A DNA stretch of 64,000 nucleotides from Octopus sinensis (GCF_006345805.1 NC_043000.1:34472001-34536000), one strand, 5' to 3'; counted from the stretch's first letter, positions 41,498-55,569 are shown. Numbers and translations are program-made. Notes: generated by a model not told the origin, from the sequence alone.

Positions 41498-42215
41498 GCT
41501 AAAGAGAAAGAGAAAGAGATAGGGAGACAAACAGACAGACAAATAAAGAGGGGGAGAAGGGGGATTTGTGTAAACAACTTTCAGCATCAGATAGCAGGAA
41601 GAGTAAGAGGTAAGGAAGAGGAGCGGGTGGAGGGAAGGGGTGGAGTTGGAGGTTGATGGAGGCCTGGCGGTGTGTTGTCTGTGTTTATGTTGCTGTTGAT
41701 GTTAAAGTTATAGTGGTGATGGTCGTGGCGGCGGTGGTGGTGGTGGTATTGGTGTTGGCGGTTTTAATGATGTCGTTATTGTTGTTGTTGTTGTTGTTGT
41801 TGGTTGTGGTGGTGGTGGTGGTGGTGGTGGTGATGGTGGAGGTCTTGGTGGCGATGATGATCATACTGTTGATGATGATGATGTTGTTGTTGACGATGAT
41901 GATGATAACTGAAATGGAAGACAGATACAGAATAAATAAATACATCAAACACACCTCTCTCTCTTTCCTCACAGACAATCTGTTTACATCAATAAACACC
42001 CACCTAAACAGACACACACACACACACACACACTCACACATTCGTACTCACTAAAATACATACACCGAATGACAGTTGAAGAGACACAGATATACATTCA
42101 TACATATAACCTCATATATGCGCGCGCATGTGTGTATGTATATATGTATATACATTAATGTGTATAGGCATGTGTGTGTATATATATATATATATATATG
42201 TATAAAAATTTATCT

Positions 42216-42265
<50 letters not shown>

Positions 42266-42362
42266 CATATGCATGTACTTATATCCATGTATATATATAT
42301 AAGTACATATATATATATGTGTATCTATGTGTGTGCATATATATATATGTATATGTATATAT

Positions 42363-42465
<103 letters not shown>

Positions 42466-42861
42466 GTGTGTGTATGTGTGTGTGCATATATATATATATA
42501 TACATGTGTGTGTATGTGTGTGTGTCTAAATATACGAATGTGGGCATACGACACACACACCTACATATTTCCGTCTCAAAACGTAAGACTCTTTTAATGT
42601 TAAATCCTATAATTCTGCTTCTATCCGCCCACGTTCCTTTTTTTTATATTTCTGTCCTCCGTGTATTTTAGTCGTAAGTTTTTTTTAAGTGCTCTCCCTT
42701 CTACTCTAGCGCTTTACATACAGATGAATGATAACTTGTTTTCCAGGACCAAAATCGTTATGATTCTAGATAACAACCCGGCTGACGAAGTACTTATAGC
42801 CTTGTGTGTCTTTTGTTCTTTCTGTTAATAGTCCTACGAATTTTACTAGTAAATATGCATG

Positions 42862-42909
<48 letters not shown>

Positions 42910-42931
42910 TGTGCATATATATATGCATATA

Positions 42932-42973
<42 letters not shown>

Positions 42974-43014
42974 GCCACTACACACATTTTTTCTCTCCTT
43001 GTTTCTTTAGGTCC

Positions 43015-43050
43015 CTTTCTGTAGAAGAGCATAGGCTCGAAACGTAAAAG
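43015..43050 (+). ncRNA. Minimal hammerhead motif (family C, CUGUAGA core)
   Basis: CTTT-CTGTAGA-A-GAGC-ATAG-GCTC-GAAA-CG-TA-AAAG. Confidence 0.7.
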
Positions 43051-43449
43051 ACTTCCAATTCCTGAGTGTTATACTAATACATCTGTTTGTTTTCTATACC
43101 ACCTGTCTTCGTCTTTTGTTTATTTCATGGATTCTCCCTATATATATATGTGTGTTCCCCTCTCCCCCTCATCTCCTCTCTCTACACTACACCATACGAC
43201 ATTACACATCACATCATACATACATACACACGTCCAGACCTCTCATACGCACTACATACTCTTTCATACACACACGCACCCTTATGTTGGGGCGAAGTCA
43301 TTTGACCCTGTTATCTCCCCTACTTTCCCTCTTGCGTCTCACGTCTGATCTCTGACTTCTGGCCGAAATCAGACCGCCATGCTGATTCGTTAGCTCCTGC
43401 ACGCATTTTTTTTCTCTCCTTGTTTCTCTCCGTGTTTCTCTTCTGTGTA

Positions 43450-43487
43450 TCTTTCTGTTGAAGAGCGTAGGCTCGAAACGTAAAAGA
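43450..43487 (+). ncRNA. Minimal hammerhead motif (family C, CUGUUGA core)
   Basis: TCTTT-CTGTTGA-A-GAGC-GTAG-GCTC-GAAA-CG-TA-AAAGA. Confidence 0.7.
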
Positions 43488-43578
43488 CTTGTTTTATTTC
43501 TATTCCTGAAATACATACATATATACATACTATATACATACATACACACATACACACACACACACACACACCACACAT

Positions 43579-43637
<59 letters not shown>

Positions 43638-43654
43638 TATATATATACATATAT

Positions 43655-43726
<72 letters not shown>

Positions 43727-43754
43727 TGTATGTATGTATGTATGTATGTATGTA

Positions 43755-44197
43755 TATTAACAACAGAAACAATCTTTGTAACTAATATTAATTAGCACAT
43801 CCAACATGTTTATAACGCCCAGAACTGCAGTAAACGTCCCGAGAAATCCTCTCGTGTTGGCGACAAATGCTTAAAAGCACAGATAATGTCAGTTGGCGAT
43901 ATTTTATCAGCGCCGGTGGATGACACTGTTACATCACCTGATTTCACCATATTACAGATTGTCAGTAACAGACAACCAAACGCCGAATGCCTGATCGAAA
44001 ATCAACCAAACAAATATAATTTAGCATCGGCTAAACAGCCACTGATGTCGCCAAAAGCTGATGGACTGTGTATAATTAGTCACATACCCGAGAGGATTTC
44101 TGAGGACGTTTACCGCAGTCCTAGGCGTTATAAAAAAAATATCCAAGTTGAATGGGCTCATTAACATTTATTACAAAAACTGCTTCCCTCACTAATA
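43755..44197. repeat. Long imperfect inverted repeat (foldback/MITE-like)
   Basis: 43809-43854 pairs with 44089-44134, with further pairing outside and inside. Confidence 0.8.
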
Positions 44198-44699
44198 GCT
44201 TATTTCGCGACATCACTCACTGATTAGCTGCTGATAAATTACAACAAACATTAGCAATAATTAATTAAGACTTCCCCTTATCTATGCTAATGTACTTAGG
44301 GTTACGAGCAAAAATTGCTTTCTATCTCTATCTTTTTGTCTGTCTCCCACTCTCTCTCTCCCCCTCCCCCCTCTCTCTCTCCCTCTCATTCAGATGACTG
44401 ACTTCAGTCCGAAGCGTTCGAAATTCTTCAACCAACGACGCGAAAAATCAACTTACATTTTATTAGTAAAAGTAATTTTAGCTAACAACGATTCTGTTTA
44501 TATATGTGCGTGTGGTGGGGTGAATAGATGCATGCGTACGTATATGGGTACACACACATACGCACACACATACGCATGCACATACATACATACATACATA
44601 CATACATACATACATACATACATACAAATATATTCTTTCATTCTTTCAGCCCAAATGCACTGGTCATGCTGGGGCACCGCCGGTGTTATCATCTTTTCA

Positions 44700-46030
44700 A
44701 CGACCAGTTTTTTGCGATTAGCTTTTGGCGAAAGAGAGAATTCTACATGACTGCTCTCTTTTGGGTTTCTTGCCATAATGAAGGTTCATCTGGGACCTTG
44801 CGTAGCAGGAATTGTTTCTTGTAAACATCTACCCCTACTCCATGTAGATCTCACAGATGTTTTGACAAAGTATTAAATAGTTGTGGGCGCTCGAATCTCA
44901 AGCTGTTGCAGTACATGGCCTTCACCTTTGGTGGGATTGTTGAGACCTTTGTAAGAGTGCAGTGACGTCAAATTTAGGAACTGGTACAGCTCTACAATAG
45001 TTTGGTGTCAACCCATTCGAAGATCTTTAATACATATACCCCTGCATACCACTCCCGTGTTCGCTCCATGGTGTAGAGATTTTCAGTCTCTTTCAGTCTC
45101 TCCCAATAGCTCACCTGTTCCACTGATGCAATCCTCCAAGTGAAGTACCGCTGAACTGCCTCAGGTTCCACTAACAATTTGACATTGTGGGGTGACCACA
45201 GTTAAGAGCAGTACTCGAGACACCTGAGGACAAATGTCCTCCATAGAACTAGCATAGTTTCCTGGTCCCTTGTTCTGAAAGTTCTCAGAATTCATCCGGC
45301 CATTCGCCTGCATACTGCAATGATATCTTAGTGATATGCACGTGAAACGAGGCGTCGTTGCTCATATCAATTCCCAGATGATGCACTGTACTTCACACTA
45401 GGATTGCCTCTCCTTTTGGTTCAAAGTATCGTTGTTGCGGCATGTTAGCACAAGCTAGCTGATAACAGAGGACTTTGTTTTCTTTATTTATACATGACAT
45501 CTAGATCTTTCTGTAGAAGATTATCATCGAAAGGTTCCTTGACTACTTGACCTACTCATGTGTCGTTGGCATAGCTAGTAAATGTGGCTGTCTGTGTAAC
45601 AGATGGCATGTCCGAAAAACCCACCATAAACAAACGCAGCGCCAATATAGTTCCCTGAGGCACTCCACTTGCTATTACTGTCTCTTTAGAGAGGGCCACA
45701 GCCTGTCGTCTGTCTTTTGTCTATGCTGAGTCTCCTTTACTTGTGACATATCATCCCTGGATCAACCTTATCAAAGGCCTTTGCAAAATCGTGATATATC
45801 ACATCCGCTTTTGGGCGATTCATTAGTTGTTTCTACACCTAGTCATAATGCTGTAGAAGCTGTGTAAGGCTGCTCCTTTCTGAGCGGAAAGCCACGCTGA
45901 GTGTCAGGTAGTAAGACATTATTTTCTAGGAACGTGATCACTTTCCCGCTGACAATGCTTTCCATGATTTTGCTGACATGGGAGGTTAGAGAGACAGGCC
46001 TATCATTTTTAGCATCCTTTATCGATAGGA
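44700..46030 (-). mobile_element. Older CR1-clade LINE related to 3965-5320
   Basis: PVSLTSHVSKIMES, FAKAFDKVD, SYWERLKE. Confidence 0.8.
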
Positions 46031-46699
46031 CATATGACTTCCTTTAACTAACTGCGAAATCACCCAGTTGTAACTTTGGAAGAGGATCTCTCACTAGAGA
46101 CCCTTTGCTAGAATTCACCAGGGCCTATGATTGAGCTTAGGTTTATTTCATTAACATCAGCTTCCTCTATTTCGATGAAAACAATAATTGGCATCTGTTT
46201 ACGTTGTGGTGCCGAAGAACTCATAAGGCAGAGCTGTTTGCAACTGTTCCAACGGAATTGTGAAAACACTTTTCTATTGCATATTTCATATCTCTTATTT
46301 TTTACTTGTTTCAGTCATTAGACTGCGGCCATGCTGGGATACCGCCTTGCAAAAATTATGATCTCACGAGATGTATTACACTTATCCTCTGGGGGTGGGG
46401 TGGGGGTCTGCAGTTAGTGAGCCATTTTCTTCGAACTGTGGCCCCTTTAGGGTTTGTCATTACATTTTTTACGGCCCTGGCTTCTTTTCCTCTCCCCTCA
46501 TTTCTGAGACAGGCTTCTTCGCTATCCTTTAGCGATCCACTTAGAAGTTTGAGGTCCTTGCTCGTCATCTCATTAGAATTTTCGTACCCATGGAGGGGGG
46601 AGGACTATGATTTTGTGTGGGTTTTACATTCTCTCTGGAGCAAACTTACTGTATATGTCATGCATGATTGTCATAAAGTGCTGTAGCTTTATAGCAAAA

Positions 46700-48715
46700 T
46701 CTTGCGCAGAGAGACTTGCAGAGCACTTTTGTTGCCTGACCTCTTTCTGAATACCCTTTCAATCTGCATTATGAAAGTCCAGGCTAAAAGCTTAATTTCT
46801 CAAGATTGGTATTTACGCAGTGTATTACATATCCCAGGGCCCCAATAATTACAGGTATAAACCTGAACTTGTAATCTGGTTAGAGTAACAGCAGATTTCT
46901 CAATAGTTCATAATAGGTGTTTTCTTTTTTTACTCATCTTCAGCTTTATGTTAACATCCGTTGGGCAGCTGATTTCCACAACTGTGCACAGTTTCTCTTC
47001 TCTATCCCAAATCATTACATCAGGTCAGTTGTGTTTACATTTTATTGAGGTCTTCACTGGGACATTCCACTAGTGTTGCTTTTCATTATGAGTGTTTATG
47101 GCTTCTACCATATTGTGGGTTCTTATTTCTTTGTCCTCGGGATTATCTTTCCTAGCTACAACAGCATATCTCATCGGTAGGTAATACAGTGATGACATTT
47201 TCGGACAACTGCTTATGATGTGTGTAATAGCTTCGGTGTTAACTCCACAAAGTCTGCATCAGTTGTCACATTTTTTCAGCTTTTCCTGCATCTCTGACCC
47301 TTTCTTTTGTGCATCGGGTATTTAGTTGACATTTCCTGTTCTTGGATTGCAAACGCATACCCTTCAAAGTGGAAGGTAATAATCCGGTTGTTGGTCCATG
47401 ATAAACTACTTTGATGATCGATGTTACTATCATCTCGGAGCTTTCTTCTGACATATCTATGCATGTTCTTCTCTTCATATACGCTCATCTTTTCGTCTGA
47501 TGATACGTTGCAGGAGAGTCGTGCGATTTCTTTGGGCAGGTATTTAAGGTTATCAAGCAAAGAATTCTGCTCAAGGATCTGCCTTCCAAGTCTTATGATG
47601 TTATCAGCCTCATATATGCAAACTTGGTCAAGGGATGTACTTCGACGCTTGGTGGTTAAAAGATCTTGCCGAAGGGGTATGATACAACATTCAAAGGCAT
47701 TTTGGATTGAATGTTAAGCCTCTGCAGTCTTGATTTCGCTTTAGGTAGAGGTAATCAATGTCACTCTTTATTACGTGTGCTGGTTAGTATTTTCCGGGCT
47801 TTCACATCAACGGCTCGGGTCTCATCAAGTGTTCAATCAAGCAGCCCAGATGTTGGTATGAGTACTGGCACTACAAACAGATCGTGGGCCTCTGTTTTAT
47901 TGAATGCAGAGAGTTCCAGGGTCAAAATTTTCTTCATTCGGCTGTAGTACTCTTTAGTGACATGTATTTTGTTACATGTGCCATTGAAAGACGCTTTCAT
48001 CTACCCCTAAGTACCTGTAACATTTCTCATCAGATATAGGGGAAACAGTTAAGTCATTGATGGAGAGGTGGCTAGTCTGGTTTACAGTTTTCCCTCTTTA
48101 CACAACCATATAGCAACATTTCTCCTGACCAAATTCCAGCCCTGTATCCTCGAGAATGTTGTCAGGTCAAGGCTCTTTTTCATCTCGTGCATTTTCTTTG
48201 CATAAAGTTTCAAGTCATTCACAAAGAAACAAAGAAAAATTTTGGTATTTCTGTTTCCTTGTGAACCAGTGAGATATCCTTCAGACTTCCTTAACATGAA
48301 TGACATGGGGTTTACACAAAGTATAAACAACATCACAGATAGGCCGTCCCCTTCTATATTCCTCTGCGATACTGTATTCTATCAGCGATAACACAGTCAC
48401 ATTTGGTGTTTAATTTCAAGATGGTGGCCCACGATGAAGTCAGGTCAGCTATGGATTTGACTATTCTCACTGGAAGGGCTTCTAGCATCCATGAGTGGGG
48501 AACAGAGTCTTGTAGTTTAGCCAAATTGAAAGTAGGTTCCTCCTATGCACTCGCACCTCTGACGTCACAGTTTTGTTTATAAACAATTGCTCGGCACATC
48601 CCCAGACTCCTTTCTTTCCAGCTGCTTCAATGGTCCTGGACGAAGAGGTTTAAACATGCTGTAGATATCTTATTAAGTTTTGGTATGCAACTGGCCGGTA
48701 GTTTTTTGCCAAAGC
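46700..48715 (-). mobile_element. R4/Dong-type LINE (RT, CCHC, restriction-like endonuclease)
   Basis: MLFILCVNPMSFML, FFVNDLKLYAK, YRYLG, GYAFAIQEQE, PDVMIWDREEKLCTVVEISCP, FIPVIIGALG. Confidence 0.85.
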
Positions 48716-49069
48716 TCGGTGCTTAGAGGGTCGGGCTTACAATAGTGAGGTTGTGAGTTTGATTCCTGGACTGGGTGTGAGTTGTGTTCTTGAGCAAAAC
48801 ACTTTATTTTCACGTTGCTCCAGTTCACTCAGCTGTAGAAACGAGTTGCGATGTCACTGGTGCCAAGCTGTATCGGCCCCTTTGCTTTTCCTTTGGATAA
48901 CATCGGTGGCATGGAGAGGGGAGACTGGTATGCATGGGCAACTGCTGGTCTTCTATAAACAACATCACCCGGACTTGTGACTCGGAGGGGAACTTTCTAG
49001 GTGCAATCCCATGGTCATTGCCCTTACACACACACACATGTATATGAGTCCGCCCCCACTGCATCCCAC

Positions 49070-49530
49070 ATCTTCTTCAACCCATCCTTCCGAATCAGTA
49101 TCCTACGCGACTTACTGTTCGTTAGCTCTTTCTCTACTCCCGGCATCTCACATGGTTTCCTTCCTTGCTCTCACACACGCTTCTACAACTGCCCCTTCCT
49201 TTCTAACACCGCCATCTTCATTGGTACCTACCATTCCTCCTCCCATGTCACAAAACCTCTGCTACTTTTGCCTTTCCCTTTACATGGGACAAACTGGTCG
49301 ACCATGCTGACCGTTTTGCCGAATACTTACGGATAAAAGATACGTAAATGATACGCTGGTTTCGCACCCCTTCGGCTCGGCTGGTCATTCACTTTAACAT
49401 TTGTTTGTGTTTGGACTGGTCTTGCATAGAAAACCCCCTCCCCATCATCGTCTGGAGCAGGAATAAATTTTTTCTCTTCGGATTTTGGTCAGCGGTCTTC
49501 ATTCCTGATCCCTTTTTATTTAACCTACTT
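49070..49530 (+). mobile_element. Penelope-like (Neptune-type) GIY-YIG endonuclease remnant
   Basis: LRDLLFVSS...PCSHTRFYNCPF linker and CYFCLSLYMGQTGR...DRFAEYL, frameshifted. HHR at 50630 lies downstream on the same strand. Confidence 0.65.
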
Positions 49531-49952
49531 TCGTTTCCAACTTCACACACACTTACTCAGACTACTCCACCCCACACATTCCTGCTGTTCTTACAGTCAA
49601 ACCTCCCCGTCCACACACCTACACAACACATATAACGAAAACCCCTAACACCATACACACTAGCATGTTTAAACAGTGTAAACATACACATTACTACCAC
49701 ACGTACAATTACACATTCACACATAAGTCGCGATACATTAATAAGTCTGAAAATTTCCACCCACGAGTCATTTTCTTTATTATATACATACATACATGCA
49801 TACATACATACATACATGCATACATACATACATACATACATACATGCATACATACATACATACATAAACATATATATATATATATATCCATATGTATATA
49901 TAAATATGTGTATATACACATATATATATATATACAAATACATACATGTATA

Positions 49953-49996
<44 letters not shown>

Positions 49997-50202
49997 CATA
50001 CACATATATATAAATATATGTATATACAAATGTATGTATGCATATATATATATACGTATGTATGTGTGTGTATTTTACTCTCTCTACATACATACATATA
50101 TATATGTGTGTGTGTGTGTATGTATGTATGTAAGTATGAATATATAAATGTATCTATGCATATATATATGTACGCATGTATGTACGTATGCGTGTGTGTG
50201 CG

Positions 50203-50264
<62 letters not shown>

Positions 50265-50629
50265 TGCGTGCGTGTGTGTGTGTGTGTTTACTAGTTCCCT
50301 TATTATTGGGATCAACAGAAAATACTCCAACCAGTAAGAGATAAATATCATGTAATACACACAGTATTTAAATAAGAGCTAGTGGTAGTTTTATGTCATG
50401 GAAACACGATACCCCGGCAGATTTATATTACGTGCCTTGTGTCTCCAAGCAATCCTTCTGGTTCAGGGCACATGATTTGTTCTATTTGAAAACCAAGGCG
50501 TTAGTCTATGAGAAAAACACGTGAAAAAATCGAGATGAAGGTTAAATATAATATTCACCTCTCATACCCCTGTTTTATTACACACGTGCTCTTGGTGATA
50601 TTTTTCCTTCCTTGGACCTCTCCGTTTTC

Positions 50630-50664
50630 TTTTCTGATGAAGAGCCATGCTCGAAACGTTAAAA
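50630..50664 (+). ncRNA. Minimal hammerhead motif (family C-like, canonical core)
   Basis: TTTT-CTGATGA-A-GAGC-CAT-GCTC-GAAA-CG-TT-AAAA. Confidence 0.72.
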
Positions 50665-51491
50665 ACTCTCTCTTTTTACCGAGCGTCAAATTAATTCATT
50701 TCACGTGAACGTCCTCTCTTTGATTTGTTATTGTTATTTTTAGTGTTCGATTATTCTATTTCATTATGTGTGCGTGTGTGTGTTTTATGGTTTACGTTCT
50801 GAGCTCAAATTCCACATAGGTTGACTTTGCCTTTCATCCTTTCGGTACAAGTTACGCGCTGGGGTCGATGTAATCGACTTAATCTGTTTGTCTGTCCTTG
50901 TTTGTCCTCTCTGTGTTTAGCCCCTTGTGGGTAGTAAAGAAATAGGTTATATATGTAGATCCCTTTGTAAGAAAGCTGGCGAATGTGTACGGCAACAAAG
51001 ACGAAAAAAAAAACAAAAAAAAACGGAGAACATGGTACACAATTACGAATACAAACAACAAGAAATAACAACATGTGTCTTTCAACTGAGAACGAATCAA
51101 ATTGAGCTGACGTGTATAAAGTAAAAGCCTGAAGGCAGGAACATGGGAGATGGACGGAAGACGTATTGACGGTCGGCAGTCAGGCCAAGAGAGAAAGATC
51201 ATGGCTGGCCGGACACCGGTCACGTGAAAGGAGGAGAGATAGGTAGGGGACAGCGGGATTGGAGTATTAGAAAAAAATCAGGGACAAAGGGGAAGATGCA
51301 GGGGAAGTAAGCGAGTGGGGAAATAGCAGGAGTTAAAGTAAGAGAGGGCCAAGAAATGTGAGAGAGAGAGAGAGAGGGGACAGAGAAAGGAAAGAAGAAA
51401 AATGAGAGGGGGAATAAAAGATAAACTAAGAGTCGTACAAAATTTAGATACATGCCTACTATAAGGTGAGCACAAGGGTGTGTACGTACGC

Positions 51492-51531
<40 letters not shown>

Positions 51532-51851
51532 TATATATATTATATATATATTATATATATATACATATAATATATACATACATACATACATATTATATAC
51601 ATACATACATACATACATATATATATACATAATATAATATATATATATATACAAACATACATACATACATACGTATATAATACATATAATATATATTCAT
51701 ACATATACATATATATATTATATATATATGATATTATATACATATATATATATATACATACCACATACATACACATAATATATTATAATACATACATACA
51801 TAAAATATATCTACAGATATATATATATATATATATTATAATATATTAATA

Positions 51852-51887
<36 letters not shown>

Positions 51888-51915
51888 TACATATATATAT
51901 ATACATACATATACA

Positions 51916-51957
<42 letters not shown>

Positions 51958-52089
51958 TATATATTATATAATATATTATATATATATAGGATATATATAT
52001 TATATATATAATATATATTATATATATATATACATACATACATACATTATATATACATACATACATACATACATACATACATACATACA

Positions 52090-52125
<36 letters not shown>

Positions 52126-52192
52126 TATACAAGAATTTTTTTTCAGAATGAGATAAAAAAAACAAGATATTAGAACATTTATAAATAGAAGG

Positions 52193-52238
52193 CCTTACAG
52201 CTGTTTCCAGGATATTCATTATATCCCTTCATCAGAGA
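52193..52238 (-). ncRNA. Hammerhead motif (family D)
   Basis: Minus strand: TCT-CTGATGA-A-GGGATAT-AATGA-ATATCCT-G-GAAA-CAGCTG-TA-AGG. Palindromic stem III, short stem I. Confidence 0.68.
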
Positions 52239-52969
52239 TGGTGTGAGAAAATGGTTAAGCGATAGTTAATTTTGATAAGATACGAAATAGAGAGTGAAGT
52301 GGAGGAATGAAAATGTATGTGAGATATGCAGGGATATTGTATTTGTAGATCCGTTATTTAAGCAGAATGGTATACATATTAGATTCCAGTACCTTGTGAG
52401 TGAAATCCAATAGTATCTAAAATTGGTCATTCCAAGTATAAAGTTTGTACACAGTGCTATTGAATCAAGGGTTTTATTTAAAGTGACCTAAAAGTAGGGA
52501 ATGTATTTGTAAGGTCAAATCGAAAACAGGAAGAGAAGAATGAAGAAAAGAGGAAAAAAAGAAGGGAAGAAAAAAGAGAAGAAAAAAAAGAAAACCAGGA
52601 AGAGAGGAATAAAGAAAAGAAAGAAAAAAGAGAAAAGAAAAACAAGGAGAGAGATAATAAGGGAAAGTGTATCAGTTAGTGGTCAGTCAAGATAATTTGA
52701 AAGTAGGAATGGGGAGATGAGGTTGATAGAGAGAGAAAGGTATTAGAGTGTAAAAAGATAGAAGGAATGCGGAGGGGGTGACAGAGAGAGAGAGAGAGAG
52801 AGGTATAATCTGTAAAGGAGTGTCAGTTATGTAGTGATAGAGAATAAGTGATGGGGCAGAGAGAGGAATAGTAGTATGGAATGAAGAATTTAGGAATATA
52901 GATTAGGTGGTTGGACAGGTCAGTGCTTAGTAGTAGAAGAAAATATATATGTGAAGGTGTATAACTTAG

Positions 52970-53600
52970 AATAACCTAGAAAGGTTTTGGCCAGTGTTGG
53001 CCCAGGCCATGTCTAACTTAATAGCACCACCTGGCAAAGTCTTTCAATTCAGGATTTGGGCAGCAAGGCTCATTCGAGCAGAGAGTTATTGTTTGCGGAG
53101 ACATATCGGGTTTTGGGTAGTTTGTCCGGGACTGTTTGAAGGAATTTGTCCAAAGACTTCTTAAATGTTGTGTGGTCAGTTTCTGTTTTGAGAGCGGGTC
53201 CAATTGAGGTGAAGTAATTGTGCCGTATTGTTGTTATGAGATGCGATTTAGATTTTTGTTGTGGACGGGGTCCAAGTCTTGGATTTATTTTGAAGGTGAT
53301 GCCAACATCATTTGGATAGTGCTGAAGGAAAATTTTCCACATCATACAGATAATGTAGCGTTCACGGCGTCGTTGGAGTGAATACAGTTTCAGCTTTTCC
53401 AGTCTACTCCAGTAGTCGAGGTCTGACATGTCATCTATCTTTTTCGTGATTGACCTTTGGGGAGCTTCAATTTCAATAATATTCTGCTTCGTGTAGGGAG
53501 ACCACAATGGACAGCAGTATTCAAGGTGGGGTCGGGCAAAGGTGGAGAAGAGGAGGATAATGGTGTGGGAATCTCTCAACTGGAAGGTTCTGAGAATCCA
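52970..53600 (-). mobile_element. CR1-clade LINE 3' end
   Basis: RPHLEYCCPLWSPY...DYWSRLEKLKLYSLQRRRERY, followed by 3' UTR. Confidence 0.88.
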
Positions 53601-53611
53601 GTATACATATG

Positions 53612-53699
<88 letters not shown>

Positions 53700-53796
53700 A
53701 CGGGAAGCTTTATGAAAATAAACAAAAGACGAAGGCAGGTGGAAAACAAACGAACAATTGTATTAGTATGGCGCTCAGGAATATAAATAAAACAAG

Positions 53797-53834
53797 TCTT
53801 TAACGTTTCGAGCCTACGCTCTTCAACAGAAAGA
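53797..53834 (-). ncRNA. Minimal hammerhead motif (family C, CUGUUGA core)
   Basis: Minus strand: TCTTT-CTGTTGA-A-GAGC-GTAG-GCTC-GAAA-CG-TT-AAAGA. Confidence 0.7.
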
Positions 53835-53906
53835 TACACAGAGAGAGAAAAACACAGAAAGAAGGAGAGAAAAAAAATGCGTGCAGTAGCTAACGAATCA
53901 ACATGG

Positions 53907-53948
<42 letters not shown>

Positions 53949-54035
53949 AGAGTTTACGAAAAAAATAAAAGACGAAGACAGGTGGTGTACAAAACAAACA
54001 GATGTATTAGTATAACGCTCAGAAATAGAAAAAGT

Positions 54036-54071
54036 CTTTTACGTTTCGAGCCTACGCTCTTCTACAGAAAG
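54036..54071 (-). ncRNA. Minimal hammerhead motif (family C, CUGUAGA core)
   Basis: Minus strand: CTTT-CTGTAGA-A-GAGC-GTAG-GCTC-GAAA-CG-TA-AAAG. Confidence 0.7.
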
Positions 54072-54458
54072 GGACACAGAAAACAAGGAGAGAAAAAAAT
54101 GTGTGTAGTGGCTAACGATCTATCATAAATGGAACAAAAACGCAATAGATGGCATTAAAACGTTCGGACAGATGGTCAATGCAAAGGCGGACAAGAGAAA
54201 CAACAAATAGAAGGACAGGCAAAAAAAAAAAGACGGCTCATTCTTGGCTTGACCATAAAACAGGAGGTTTGAGAGGTACGGTCGTTTCGCAACCTTCATG
54301 TTGTTCTAATTTCAATATGGAAGAAATTATGATTCCATGTTTGCAATTAATGTATTTTCGCAGCATTATACAATACAATTGTATAATAGTGCACTGAAAT
54401 TGTATTTTATAATGCTCAGCAAACATGTTAATGCAAACACGGAAGCTTAATTTCTTCG

Positions 54459-54561
<103 letters not shown>

Positions 54562-55569
54562 AGGCGAATTGCTGGTAGAATCGTTAACGCACCGTTCTGG
54601 TTTTACGTTTAAATTCTTCTGAGTTTGTCTTTGCTTTCCATCCTGTCGGGGATAAGTACCAGTTGTGCACTGGTGACGATCTAACTGACAAGTCTCTACC
54701 TTCATAATTTGAGGAGTTGTGTCTATAGGAAAAAGAACAGGCGGAGGTGTGCATGCCAGACTTTAGAAATGTCTTACATGTTTTAATTGTTCCCCTTACT
54801 TATCAATCGACCTATTGTTGCTTGAAAATTCCCTCTAATATTATCACTTCGATATTTATTAAGTAAGTGCCACAATACGTAGTAATAGATGGCAATAAAG
54901 TTGTGCCACAAAATGTTGTTCAAATGATTTATAAGTAGTTCTCGGTTGTTTCACTTTTCTATTACTTAGTAGGAAAAGGTAAGTGGTCTCTGACCAAGTC
55001 GGTTCGAATCTCGTTCGCAGCTGCTGAAATTCATACGGTTTCACCTCAGAACCTCATTTGAAGGTGAGACTATATGCAAATACGCTCAACATATACATGT
55101 GACTGTGCGCGTGTGTATGTGTGTGTATGTATGTGTATGTGTGTGTGCGTGTATGTGTGTGTGTGTGTGGTGGGGCGTGGTATGGTGAAATGGTTAAGAA
55201 GTTCGCTTTGCAGCCAAGAAATCCCTGGTTCCACTCTTCCGCGTGGTGTCTTTGTCAAATATTATTTTCTATAGCTTTTAGTCAACCCATGCCTTGTCAT
55301 TGATACCAGGTTGACGGAAACTGTATAGAATCCCGTTATGATTCCAAGGTACAGCCTTGTCACGCAGATTCTAAATGCGAATTTCATTAAGGGAAAACAT
55401 GCCTGTGGAATACTCAACCACTTGTATGTAAAGTCAATGAACAGGGAATCCGGATGATTGAACTACACAATTCTCCTCATCAAAATCGACCCATATGTGT
55501 GCATGTGTGTGTATATATATATGCACGTATGTATGTATGTATGTCTCTTCTACTTTTTTAATTATTATA

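Larger units (their letters stand above)
42971..43510 (+). mobile_element. Pair of family-C HHR pLTR-like fragments
   Basis: Homologous to 53695-54125 in reverse orientation, flanked by (TA)n. Confidence 0.7.
53695..54125 (-). mobile_element. Pair of family-C HHR pLTR-like fragments separated by (TA)n
   Basis: Homologous to 42971-43150 and 43375-43510. Confidence 0.7.
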
